Of a stretch of DNA of 64,000 nt, positions 23,401-35,730 are shown one piece after another. The stretch is from Octopus sinensis. Lineage: Eukaryota. The notes beneath the pieces are model-generated. The model made no database searches, was not told where the DNA came from, and was given only the letters and a program-made list of their open reading frames with translations. The DNA lies in assembly GCF_006345805.1 (NCBI RefSeq), contig NC_043008.1, positions 75,268,001 to 75,332,000 of the forward strand, read 5' to 3'. The translations under genes and the position numbers were made by a program. How positions within the stretch are numbered: position 1 is the first letter of the stretch; each line of letters starts with the position of its first letter.

Positions 23401-26400
23401 TAGTTTTATTTTTATAGCGTGCTTTCACTTCACTACCGAGCACAGCTCTGTGTGCCTTGGGTATGTGCTGTGATTTGTTGTGATGCTCTGATGGTTATTG
23501 TATGGAAAGTGTTCTGCGTAGGATGTGTGCAGTGCCTAGTAGTGCAATTTTCTGTATGTTATATGTGTTTGTAAGTCCTGGTGTTTTTGTTATGTATTTG
23601 TCTGAATATTTTTTTATCATGCCTAATGCACCTACTATGATAGGAATTGTTTCTGTTTTCAGATTCCACATTCTAGTTACCTCTATTTCCAGGTCTTTGT
23701 ATTTTGAGAGTTTCTCCATTTCTTTTAGAGACACGTTGTCATCAGCCGGTAATGATACATCAATACATCTCTGACAACTATATCTGGTCTGTTGGCCTTA
23801 ATTTCTCTATCTGTGTGTATCGGCATATCCCAGAGTATGGTTGCTTCCTCGTTTTCTGTGACCTTTTCTGGTGTGTGCCTATACCATTTTTTTCTGTTGT
23901 TATTCCATAATGTTGGCATAGCTTCCAGCGTATGTAGGTTCCAACTCTGTCATGTCTGTGAATATATTCCTTCTTAGCCAGGACTGGGCAGCTAGAGATA
24001 ATATGATTTATTGTTTCTTGTCCATCTCCACATATTCTGCAGTTACTTGTAATATTTCTTTTCATTACATGTTTTTGGTAATTTCTGGTGGGGAGGCTTT
24101 GGTCTTATGCTGCAATTAAAAATCCCTCTGTTTCTGCTTTGAGTCCTGAGCTTCTCAACCATTGCTGGGATTTTTCTTTGTCTATTTCTTTTGCGTTTAG
24201 TTTAGTGCAGTATTTACCATGAAGGGGCTTTTCTTGCCATCGTTTTATCATGGTCCGTTGCTGTTCTATTTTTAGTTTGGATTTCATTTGTTTTATAGCT
24301 TTTGTTGTTTCTTCATCTTCTTCTTCTTCTTCTTCTTCATGTTTATTAGGTGGTATGATTTCTTGTTTGTATTTGTCAGCTTCCTTAAATACTGAGAACA
24401 GTTTTTTGTTTTGCTCGTGTTTTGCCGCTATCTGGATCAGTTTTCCTTCCTTCTGAAGTAGATATTTTTGCAGTCCTATGGTGGTTATTTTATAGTAGTT
24501 TTCCAGCTGTATAAGGCCTCTACCACCTTCTATACGTTGTATATATAGTCTTTCTATGTCAGATTTTGGGTGATGCATCCTAGATCCTGTCATTATTTTT
24601 CTTGTTTTCCTATCTATTTTGGTCAGTTCATTTCGTGTCCAGTTAAGGATATTGTAGCTGTAACTTATAACTGGGACAGCTAAAGTGTTGATACCTATTA
24701 CCTTGTTTTTAGCATTGAGCTCTGTGTTTAGTATTGATCTAACTCGTCTATAATATTCTTTTTTTTATTTTCTCTTTCATTTGTGTGTGTTGTGTCTTAT
24801 CTAGTTCATGGATTCCTAAGTATTTGTAAGTTTGGCTTTGGTCTAATTCTTTTATTTCATTGGTTTTATCTAGTGTGATGTTGTTACTCTTAACTAGTTT
24901 TCCTCTTTTCAGAGTTACTTTGGCGCATTTTTCTAATCCAAATTTCATATCTATTTCTTTGGTAAATCCATGAACTGTCTTTAATAGTGTTTCCAGCTGT
25001 TTGTCATTTGCAGCGTATAGTTTTAGGTCATCCATATATAAAAGGTGGCTGATCGTTTTGCCGTAACATTTATATCCGCATCCACTTCTATTTAGCATAT
25101 CAGATAGAGGTGACAGTGCCAAGCAGAAAAGGAGTGGAGAGAGCGTGTCTCCCTGGAATATTCCTCTTCTAATGGGGATGCTTTTGGTTTTCATGAGTCC
25201 CTCTTTTGTTTGGAGGTGTAGGACTCTTTGCCATTTATTCATAGAATGCTCTATGAATTTTATGATTGTTGGTGCTACTTTGTTAATGGCTAGTGTTTCG
25301 AGGATCCATGTGTGGGGGATGCTATCAAACGCCTTTTTGTAGTCAATCCAGGCGATACTGAGGCCTTTCTTCTTTCTGTGGCTGTCTTCAGTTATGGCTT
25401 TATTAATCATTAGCTGATCTTTACAGCCATATGAGCCTTTGCGGCATCCTTTCTGCTCTTCTGGGAACAGTTTGTTTTCGTCCAGGTGCTTGTTCAGCCT
25501 TTGTGATATCACTGCAGTAAATGCCTTGAACATAGTAGGGAGGCAGGTTGTTGGTCTGTAGTTTTCTGGTTTTTCTGTTTCATTTGATTTGGGAATTAAG
25601 ATGGTTTTCCCCTTCGTGAGCCATTCAGGCATTGTCTCTGGCTCTGCTAGTACTTTGTTAAAGTTTTCAGCCAGCTTTTTGTGCATTCCTGTTAGATATT
25701 TCAACCAGAAGTTGGGGATCTTGTCATGCCCAGGTGCCTTCCAGTTGCTTAGTCTTTGCAGTGCCTGGGTGACCTCTTCAGTTGTTATGGGTGTCCAAAG
25801 TTGTTCAGATGCCGAGTTTGTTATTCTGATACTCCTTTTTTTTGGGTGTTCGTTCGCCGACCATATTTCTCCCCAGAATTCTTCCAATTCTTCTGCCGTT
25901 GGTGCTGCAGTGACTTCTATTTTATTTTTTCCCAGTTCTTGGTAGAACTTTTTGGGGTTAGAGTTGAACTTTTTGTTTTCTTCAGAGAAGCGTTGGCGTT
26001 TCTTGTACCGGCGGATCCTTTGTGCTTTGGCAAGGATATCTTGCTTCAGCTTTTCTTTTATTTCAGGCAAATCTTTCTCTGTGATGTTATATTTGCGGAG
26101 TATTTTTGTTCTCTTTTTGTGGCTCAGTAGCGTTGATTGTTTGCTGATTTCATTAAGAATCGACAGGTCTTTTCTAATTTTTTAAAATTTTGCTTTGGAT
26201 GTTATTTATCCACAGGGTTTGTTTGGGTGGTGGTACTCCTGTTTGGGCGGGTTTGGGTGAGTATCCAGCTTCTTTTGTGGCTGCAGTGGCTGCTGCGTAT
26301 ATTAGGTTATTTAGCTCAGTGATATCACCTTTTTTTTTATTCAGTGGCTATCAGTTCAGTGACGGCTAGGTTTATGCTGTTTATAATAGGTGTTGTTATT

Positions 26401-27369
26401 TTGTTTATTTTGATTCTTGGGAGGTATGGTCGGTGGTCCATTTTGAGCTCTGTGGTTTTTAGTTCTTTGATTATTTTATTTTATTATCATAATCATTAGG
26501 CTCCCCTTCGTTGTTTACATCGTGTTTGTTGGGAATGTTGCGATTGTCTTCGTGTTTTACAGTTTCAGTGTTTATATTATTGGGCATTGTTGTGTGGCTT
26601 CTATCTACATTTTCCTGGTGTATGTTTTCTTTTAGGTGTTCTATTTCTATTTCTGATATTTTTTTTTGTGTTGAGAATGTATCTTCGTCCGTTAGCTAAT
26701 TAATTAGGGTTCATTGCCGTATCCAAGTCTATATCTCTATTATTTTCCTTCCATATTTTATATGTATGTGTTGTTGTATTTTCATTTTTTGGGTAGAGTA
26801 CTGCTGTGAAGTATGCGTGTAAGATAGAAATGTATTCCTCACGTGTCCATTTACGTCTTTTGGGTTTTATTTGCGGGACATGAGGTACAACGTCCGGCCC
26901 ATTATTTTGACGGTCGTCATTTTCGTAGGGTACCGGTCCGTTTATTTCTGTTGTCACATTATTTCGCACGTGTAGTTTTTCGTACATTTTTTGTTGTAAG
27001 TTTAATGTACGTACCGCTCGATTGTTATTCTTGGGTTGAATAGTATCGGTGGCATTTAATTTCTTCGTAGTTCCTTTGTACATGGTGTTTGGGGTCGGAG
27101 ATGATCGTGATGTTCCACGCATGTTTACATGTGTTGCGTTAGAGGCGGAGATGATATCGAGTCAAAATACATCATTTCGTTTCGAAAATAGTAATAAATT
27201 TCAATTAGTATTACTTACTCGGATACAGTCCAATTCTTTGTTAGTAAAACTTTGGCTCCATAGGATGTCCTTGTTTTCGATGTTTGTGGATAGATTTCGG
27301 AGCTCTGAATTTTCCTTCTTACATCTTAAACGTCCCCGGTGTTCTCTCTTAAACGTCTCCGGTGTTCTC
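23400..27369 (-). mobile_element. Near full-length R4/Dong-clade LINE (RT, CCHC, RLE), frameshifted, inserted in (TAA)n
   Basis: WIDYKKAFDSIPH, GIFQGDTLSPLLFCLAL, HLLYMDDLKLY, CRICGDGQETINHIISSC, ANRPDIVV, EKLSKYKDLEIEV. (ATT)n at 23165-23399 and 27370-27420. Confidence 0.95.
24748..26070 (-). CDS. Reverse transcriptase segment of the R4/Dong LINE
   Basis: 440-aa open frame containing the RT motifs (KAPGHD, NYRP, DYKKAFD, QGD.LSP, YMDD). Confidence 0.9.
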   Translation of the reverse strand: MPEIKEKLKQDILAKAQRIRRYKKRQRFSEENKKFNSNPKKFYQELGKNKIEVTAAPTAEELEEFWGEIWSANEHPKKRSIRITNSASEQLWTPITTEEVTQALQRLSNWKAPGHDKIPNFWLKYLTGMHKKLAENFNKVLAEPETMPEWLTKGKTILIPKSNETEKPENYRPTTCLPTMFKAFTAVISQRLNKHLDENKLFPEEQKGCRKGSYGCKDQLMINKAITEDSHRKKKGLSIAWIDYKKAFDSIPHTWILETLAINKVAPTIIKFIEHSMNKWQRVLHLQTKEGLMKTKSIPIRRGIFQGDTLSPLLFCLALSPLSDMLNRSGCGYKCYGKTISHLLYMDDLKLYAANDKQLETLLKTVHGFTKEIDMKFGLEKCAKVTLKRGKLVKSNNITLDKTNEIKELDQSQTYKYLGIHELDKTQHTQMKEKIKKRIL

Positions 27370-27419
<50 letters not shown>

Positions 27420-28247
27420 TCTTTGGTTACAGAAGACATATTTACGCCAAAGGCCAGGAGCGTTTTTCTGATATTAAAATGAGGGACCTGGTGACATTTA
27501 AGAAAGTTGCAATACCAGAATCAGTGGGGCAGGTGGCTGAGGTAATGAGAACAGAATAACGTTTCATTTTATGCGTTAGATTTAAAGTTTCACTTTTGGG
27601 GCCCCTTATGGTCCTTAAAAGTGTTTTACTCTATACGCTTCTATAATGTTTTTTTCTACCAAATTTTACTCAAGGCATTAATCAAATCGAGGTTACAGTA
27701 GAAAGCATTTTCCCGAAGAACTACAGAATAGAACCGAAACGAGCACCACACGGTTCTGAAGCGAACATTTCCTGCACTTCAAGTACGACTACTATTATGC
27801 ATCATTAACGGAAATGTGGTTACTAGTCTAGACGTACGAACTTTGCTCTGATACGGAGATATACATGAATAAGTATGCAATACAGAATATATAGGTTTGC
27901 TACAACATTACCCCCGTAAATGTAGAGTAACAAAATACTATACAGATTATACCTTCGATTACATTCCATTGTAAAGACTGCTTACTCCGTGACATGGAGT
28001 AACATGAACAACACTGACGCTAGATATGGCAAGCGTATGATAAGGGCTATAGCTATTTTATTGATACGAAATATAGTGATGAAGTATTCCCTAGAATATA
28101 CTATTAATATAACATAGAGTGATGACGAATGTTCTTTGAAATAAGAATACAGAAGTTTCCGCGACAGAATATTATGGTAATTATCCAATTGATTGAACAT
28201 CCAATACGAGAAATTTGACGGTTTCATTTCATGATTGATTCCATGTA

Positions 28248-28310
<63 letters not shown>

Positions 28311-28489
28311 TTATCTATCTATCGATCTATCTATCTAATCCCTCTAACTATCTGTATACACATACATAAATTTACACATACATGCAAACATACATACATA
28401 TATATATGTATGTATGTGTGCATGTGTGCATATATATATATACTCAGATATATACGTATGCATGTATGTATATATACATATTTTCTTTT

Positions 28490-28630
28490 ATTCGTTTATT
28501 CTTTCAGTCAATTTGACTGTGGCCATGATGGAGCGCCGCCTTTTAGTTAAAGAATCGAACCGCTATGTTACGGGAGCGTAAATACACCAGGATCGGTTGT
28601 CAAGTGATGGTAGAGGTACAAACACAGACA
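28490..28630 (-). mobile_element. SINE family A tail fragment (also 2755-2950, 3415-3610, 10845-11030, 18000-18060)
   Basis: ttcagtca.ttgactg.ggccatg.tggagc.ccgcc..cggttgtcaag shared with 32772-32970. Confidence 0.8.
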
Positions 28631-28847
28631 AAAACACACAAGCATATATATATATATATATATATAATATATATATATATATAAAGGGAAAGTTTACGAA
28701 AATAAACAAAAGACGAAGGCAGGTGGAGTACAAACATATAAATGTATTAGTATAGCGCTCAGGAATAGAAAAATCTTTTACATTTCGAGCCTACGCTCTC
28801 CGACAGAAAGATACACACACACACACACATATATATATACTAGCAGT

Positions 28848-29340
28848 ATCGCCCGGCGTTGCTCGGGTTTGTAAGGGAAATAACTATATAAGCATTTTTA
28901 GAGAGTTACTTCCTTTATAGATGCCAATTCGGGCTTTCTTAGCCATTTCTGTTTTGGTGTCTTGAAGCCATGAAGTCGTTGTTCTAAAAGAACGCTGGTC
29001 TCCTTGACAACGCATTACGACGTTGATTTCCTTAAACTCCCTTCCCCACAGCTTCACGAGGGAGGGAAGAAGGGGGAGAAGCAAACACAGGTGCAGGTGT
29101 TTGAGCGTGGACGCCAACTCCGCCGCCATCGACACACGAGAAATTATGCATTAAAATGGAATAAAAAATGATGTTAAATTATTTTTAAAATCGTACACTC
29201 ATCGTAGATGCGCGCTAATAATCAGACGGGCTCGATATTAATCACAACTATACGATACCCGAATTTGGTTAAACTGCACCGCAAAATGTGGGAGGAGTTA
29301 GGAATCTAAATCGTAGGAGACAGACACTCACACAACTACA

Positions 29341-29345
<5 letters not shown>
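28848..29345. mobile_element. Non-autonomous Helitron/Helentron-like (DINE/HINE-type) element
   Basis: Begins tACTAGcagtatcgCCCGGCGTTGCTCGGG (short stem-loop) and ends gacagacactcacacaactacagttttatata. Inserted in (TA)n; no ORF. Confidence 0.6.
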
Positions 29346-29397
<52 letters not shown>

Positions 29398-29599
29398 TAT
29401 ATATGTATGTATATATATGTGTGTGTATGTATGTATGTATGTATGTATATTTGTATGTATGTATGTATTATGTATGTATATATATAAGTATGTATTTACG
29501 TATGTATATATGTTCCAAAATAAAAACAACCAATTTTTCTCAATTTTGTCAAAGCAAAATATTGTTATACTTCGGGTCGTTGCAATGCAATGGTAGGGG

Positions 29600-30760
29600 A
29601 AATACAATTATAACACTACCACATTTATTTTATATGACCGCCTTTGTTTCGAATCACAGCCTTAAGTCTCGGTGCAAGTGCTTCACACGCGGTCCATAGC
29701 TGTTCTTGCAGAATTGAACCCTATTCTCGGCACAGTTTTGCCTTCAGAGCATCGAGCGGAGCAGGAGGAATGCTCGAGACCTTCGTCTTCAATATAATCC
29801 GAACAAAAAATTCTAGTGGATTGAAATCGGGTCTTCTGGTGAGCCATGAATCCTTGCCTATTAACGACGGAATGCTTTATACTGAATCCAGTGTTGTGTC
29901 TACTTGGAATTGCAGGATGGTGCCAAGTCCTGTAGGAGGTTGGAAGGTTCGCCTTGAAAGTACTAATTCGCACCTGGAAGCAGGTGAGTTTCCAAAATGC
30001 CGCTAATGTATCACTGGGTGCTAATTTTAACATCCGAGGGCACAAATACGTGTGGAGACTTTTCAGTGGCTGTCAGAACCACCCAAACCAAAACTGACTG
30101 TGGCTTTTGACGTAGATTTTCACGTCTACCCTCTACGGAGCCAGATACACACCAAACTTGATCATTCTGCTGGTTTACTGTCACTTTGATGTCAAATTTC
30201 TTTTCATTCAGAAATCTGCCAAAGAGTGAGACAACTTTTCTTCAATTTCATGTACTTATAAACTTGCATGAGTTCATGACGGCGGACCATCTTGAAGGTG
30301 TGTGTACTGGATTCCCCCCTCAGCGCTCGATACATTGATGTTCGGCTTAGTTTTGTTGGGACAGCCGGTTTACTGACAAAACGACGAGCATGTTGCCGTA
30401 TCTTTTCTCTGGTACTTTTGAAAAGCTGAGAGGTCCGAGCACTTCTCTTTCGCTCACGTCCTGGTCGATCAGCAGTAGAATCAGTGTCTTGAAATTTTCG
30501 ACATTTTTCCAAACTGTTATTCGGTTAATTTTAAGTTTTATTGCTGTAACTGTATTACTTTCAGCTTCTTTGGGAAGGTTTATGATTGTATTTCGGGCTA
30601 TAGTTATTATCTAATTTGTAACTGACGTTATTTAGTCTGAAACAAAAGGAAGATTCACTAAGTGTTTATAAGGATGTATAATTTTCATGTCTTATCACAT
30701 TTATTGATAGTTATTGAAATCTGAAATTTCGGTTGCATTAATTTCAGACACCATGTATAA
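29600..30760 (-). mobile_element. Degenerate Tc1-like transposon
   Basis: Terminal TAtacatggtgtctgaaatt at about 30760. HTH-like RKFQDTDSTADRPGRERKRSART and an RPDFNPLEFF motif. Confidence 0.7.
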
Positions 30761-32708
30761 TGGATTCTCCCGTCGGTGTCGATGTATGAGTATCCAACAG
30801 TCCATATTATCACGGTAAAACTACACATACGGCCTTTTGCTTTCACTGACAAAGGCTTGAGGAGGACCACACAAACATTATGGAAATGCTGATAGTAGAA
30901 TGTTAGTGCAGATACTTACAACAAACTCAATGAAGAAGAAGCCCCATACTTTTCAATTGGTAGTAATATTATCGTCGACTTTCTATTAGAACAAACTATT
31001 TTGTCGTTACACTTAGAGGAACCCTCAAATGAGTTTTTTGTGCAGAATGCACTTTTGTTTACATCGCTAGCGAGGAGATAAATCTCATTACCTCTAGCGC
31101 CGAGATCACCAGTTCACGTGATTTTGACCTTGTTTGTTCTTGTCAATGATGGACACTGAACCGCTAAAGGTAGCAGTAATTCATCTCCCTGCCATTGATA
31201 AAAGATTGGCTGTGCCAGAATAGATGGTGGTGAGTAAGTGTGTTCCTTTTTCCCTAGTTCTCAAACAAATTTTCTGTCATAAATGCACTGACAAAAGATT
31301 ACACATTCTGACTTCAAGAAAGCGGCGTATCGTAAGAATTTTTAAGGATAATTGTCCTCTCCGTCAAGCACAGTTTGAACTCCATGTTTCCGTTAAACTA
31401 TGGCCCCAGCAACTTTTCTGTCTTTATTCTTATGCGAGAGTACATTACATAACGGGTTATATTCTTTCAAGAAGTCGGCTGTGATTTTGGGGAAGTTTGG
31501 TTACAATTTCAAGTGTGTAGAATCATTATATAAATGTTTCTCTTTGGTTCAGTAAATTCTAGCAATGCCAAATATTTTCGTGTAATGTAGAATGAAAATA
31601 ACCCAGGATACGGGCATCAGGTACGAACTCTTATTACTATGTAGAAAGCGAAACGAGTTGCGACAACAATCATTACTTTATAATATCGCTCTGATACCAG
31701 TTTACTAGTTGTTTAACAGTAAGGAGTCGTAATTTTATTACACCTGTTCTTTTCTTTGGAGCTTAAGCGACATAAACAGTTTGATTAGAATTAGGTCTCA
31801 AAACGGTTACTTTCTCAATTGACAAGAGATTATTTATTTTATCTGGAATGACCACTATAACACACAAATTACACACACGCACGCACACACACCATACGTT
31901 ATACAAATTATACTTCATACATCTCTTAGATCTAAGAGATAAATTATGCAGGATGAAGATAAGTTTTTCTATATACAGGTCAACAGATATTCTTGAGAAT
32001 GGCGTTTATGTAGTGAATAGTGATTTACTTGTTATCTAAATTTCTGATAACTAATCCAAGATATTCACCACGATGTGTGATAAGTACAATAGCAGTGACA
32101 GTGAAAGAAGGTGTTAATTAATATGAGCTTATATATGAGCTAGCTATAATGATTCATTGCTTCAGTAATCCAGTTAACTACAGTGGTGACATGACAGAAG
32201 CATTATGCCTTTAGTTTCCTTCGATTTACTTACAAATTTCTCTATAACAATCCTTAGTGTTGCTTAGCCACCATTTGATATAAACATACCAGAAGTCTTA
32301 GTAAAGGCTTTCCAGTCGTAACTCCCGTTGTATTTCTCTTAGACAGTTTACTCCGGACTACAGTAACCATGGTGAACTACATTTAAGGCAGTAAAGTGTG
32401 ATGTAAGTTACAAGTGTCTGCATATGATATAGACATTTCCTCGTTGTCCTGTTCTACCAATAGTGGTAGTTTGGCTTTCAGAAACTTTTCACTTTTCTTC
32501 ACGAGGAAGCAAAAAAAGTATTGACCGTATTCATTTGGTTTCAGATTCAGTTTCACTGCGTAACATTGTCAAATCTTTTACTGAATCTTCGGTTTGAGCG
32601 AAGCTTTGCATAGTGAAGAGAATTTATTCAATGGGAACTGAGTAGAAGCTCCTTGTGTGAGCGTTTTCGGGTATCTATCTTTCTATCTATCTATCTATAT
32701 ATTTATCT

Positions 32709-32761
<53 letters not shown>

Positions 32762-32771
32762 ATATATATCT

Positions 32772-33172
32772 TTACTCTTGTTACTCTTTTACTTGTTTCA
32801 GTCATTTGACTGCGGCCATGCTGGAGCACCGCCTTTAATTGAGCAACTAGACCCCGGGACTTATTCTTTTGTAAGCCCAGTACTTATTCTATCGGTCTCT
32901 TTTGCCGAACCGCTAAGTAACGGGGACATAAACACACCAGCATCGGTTGTCAAGCAATGCTAGGGGGACAAACACAGACACACAAACACAGACACGCATA
33001 TATATATATATACATATATACGACGGGCTTCTTTCAGTTTCCGTCTACCAATTACACTCACAAGGCTTTGGTCGGCTCGAGGCTATAGTGGAAGACACTT
33101 GCCCAAGGTGCCACGCAGTGGGACTGAACCCGGAAACATGTGGTTAGTAAACAAGCTACTTACCACACAGCC
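32772..33172 (-). mobile_element. Full-length tRNA-derived CORE-like SINE (family A)
   Basis: Minus head TGGCTGTGTGGTAAG (A box), GGTTCAGTCCC (B box), ccttgggcaagtgtctt (CORE-like), internal TA/CA tract, tail ending agtaaaagagtaacaagag. Confidence 0.85.
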
Positions 33173-33779
33173 ATTCATTTTGCAAGATTCCTGATGTGAA
33201 TCGTGTGTTGAAACAGATATTGCTGTATTTTGGGACGGTCATTTTTTTGCTAAATAAACACACGCACTATATATATTTTTTTCTTCACTCGTTTATTACT
33301 GTTCATATCTTATTATTTTAATTCATGTCCATTGTCCGGAAATATTTCGTCACAATCTGTGACCACTTAAGCAACACTTTTGGGTTTCGTGTGTGTTATT
33401 GCTCCACTTACTCTGTCCTGTTACACTAAGATGTGTATCTTTATGTGCGCACCCGAATATAAAAAGGAGCAACTCAGTCACTAAGTTTAAAACCACACTA
33501 AACAGTTGTTCTCGGAAACATAGATAAAAAATAGGGGTCGGAAAGTTTGCTGAACCAAATCTCAAAAAAAAACCCCCAACTACCAGGTAACCAGAATCAG
33601 GATAGCCCTAACCCTAGACCTGTATTGACACCACTAAAAACATCACCTAAAGCAAAACGCATAAAATGAACGAGAGCGGATTAAAGAGATGGTTTGAAAG
33701 CTTTCTATACAGCCTAACTAAACCCAAACAATGACCTTATTGTACAAACATATTGTACGAATGTAAACACTAAAAACCA

Positions 33780-34363
33780 GCACTCCTACTTACTGGTACG
33801 AACATCATCCTGAGTCAGTCGTTGAAGATAATGATATTACTGTCCTTTGGAATTTTCCAGTCAAAACTGACAGAACGATCCAGGTTAATCGAACGGACAT
33901 AGTCATTAAAGACAGGGAAGAAGATGCTTGTAAACTTATAGATTTAAGTGTTCCCAATGATAAAAATATATCAGTAAAGGAATTTGACAGATTAAGTAAA
34001 TATAAAGCCCTGGATATTGAAATACAAATGTTGGGGCATCTTAAAGTAAGAACTATTTCTGTTATTGTGGGTGGCCTAAATAGGATAAGAAAGGGATGTC
34101 GGAAACATCTACATAATATCCTAGGAGAATCATGTTTCAGAGAAATCCAAGAAATTGTGCTGACAAATATTGCCCACATCCTTCGAAAATCTCTATCCAT
34201 TTAAATGTGTATGCTGTACTATATTAAGATATTTCGGTACTGCCCCTACCATTCCCCCTCCCCAAGCTTTCAGTCATACTGTAACATCTCTTATCCTTCA
34301 TTTGCACTAGGACGCCGCGTGTGTCTCCACGAGTGATTGTAACAAACATGGAGATTAAAAGAA

Positions 34364-34365
<2 letters not shown>
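33780..34365 (+). mobile_element. R4/Dong-type LINE 3' fragment (RLE domain and 3' UTR ending in (AAT)n)
   Basis: + frame ITVLWNFPVKTDRTIQVNRTDIVIKD..LIDLSVPND..KEFDRLSKYKALDIEI..TNIAHILRKSLS. Confidence 0.85.
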
Positions 34366-34416
<51 letters not shown>

Positions 34417-34419
34417 TAA

Positions 34420-34935
34420 AATGGCTCGCATGTCTTTTGATCTTTAGTAATTGGAACTGTTATCATGTACATTGCTTTGTCTTGGTATAAAAGATTGGCT
34501 ACAGCAAATATTCTGTTCCATATTTCAGATTTGCTTGTCAGCTGCTTGACCGTAACCAGTTGAGCATGTCCATTAGTGGCTGACGTTGTTCATCTCACAT
34601 CATGAGCAGAAATAGTGGCTTGAGAGGAATTCTTTGGGTTTTGAATAATTCACCTCGGGATACATGGGTGTTTTATTAATCATCATCAAAGTAACCTTGT
34701 TCAAGGACCTTTTGAGTGAGAAGGGCTACTTAAACTGTACAAAATTCTAACTGGACCCAACTTGCAAAGCCATGCACTGTTTAATTTGATATAAGACCAC
34801 CCTGTTGCGTACATATCGCTGTGATGCCTGTATTCAGGTACCCTATCCAGATGGGTAGTCATGGTGGGTATATTGGCCTTCGTATATTTTACTCCAGTGT
34901 CAATTTGATGGCATGCGCTGCTCTCTGACTCAATA
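34420..34935 (+). mobile_element. ~500-bp non-coding dispersed element ending ctctcactc(AAT)n (copies 38255-38718 +, 39625-39720 + partial, 39930-40445 -)
   Basis: Shared cttggtataaaagatgggctacagcaaatattctg..ttctaactgggccccacctgcaa..cactttgatggcatgc.ctgctctc. Confidence 0.85.
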
Positions 34936-34998
34936 ATAATAATGATAATAATAATAATAATAATATGTATACATATACATACACACACACACACACAC

Positions 34999-35072
<74 letters not shown>

Positions 35073-35445
35073 ATATATATATAAATATGATGCGTATATG
35101 TCATAAATTTACATATATATGCCATCTATTGTGGATGTGTAATGCTGGGGTAAAAAGTTCGTTTAAGTTGCTAGAAAATATATGGATAGGCGTGATTACA
35201 TAGAGCAAGGAAGGCACCAACCACTGCTCGAAAAATTATGGAAGGAAAGAAGCACATTAAAATTGAAGTTGTAAGACATATTACACAGGAAATAAAATAT
35301 ATTTTAGCAAAATTTGCATTGTAATATTTCTTGTCTAAAAATTAAAAGTAACAAAAAACAAATAACCCGCATTTTATGATTAGTTATGAAGAATTTGTAT
35401 TTGCTACTTCAGAAGAGTGAAGAATACACAATTGCTATTACTTAC

Positions 35446-35590
35446 ACACAGTGTTGTGCTGTAAGAATATGTCTGGAATCAATAATAGTTCCTCCGCACA
35501 AGCTGGTACTGTCTTCGGTTTTTATATTCAATACAGCCAACCAAGGAAATTGGCAGTTCTGGGCTTGAACACCATTCCAAATCTTTCGAT
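35446..35590 (-). CDS. S1 serine protease exon (activation site and catalytic His)
   Basis: Acceptor tatgttacAG, donor GTAAGT, 145 nt, phase 1 to 2. Translates RK/IWNGVQAQNCQFPWLAVLNIKTEDSTSLCGGTIIDSRHILTAQHCV. Confidence 0.95.
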
Positions 35591-35708
35591 CTGTAACATA
35601 ATATAATGGAAAATAGTGCATAAAACTTGAATTACATGAAAGAACATAAACTAAGTGAAGCGTCACAATAATTGCTTATCTTGTCTTTCATTAGGTAATG
35701 ATTCTTAC

Positions 35709-35730
35709 GTTTACAACCAATAATTGCGTT
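35709..35730 (-). CDS. Candidate 22-nt propeptide micro-exon of the protease
   Basis: gtcaaAG|AACGCAATTATTGGTTGTAAAC|GTAAGA gives NAIIGCK(H), in frame with RKIWNG. No transcript evidence. Confidence 0.3.

Noticed and set aside
33110-33172. tRNA-like sequence (also 59287-59340)
   Set aside because: A and B boxes are present, but there is no complete cloverleaf and each continues into a SINE body, so these are SINE heads rather than tRNA genes.
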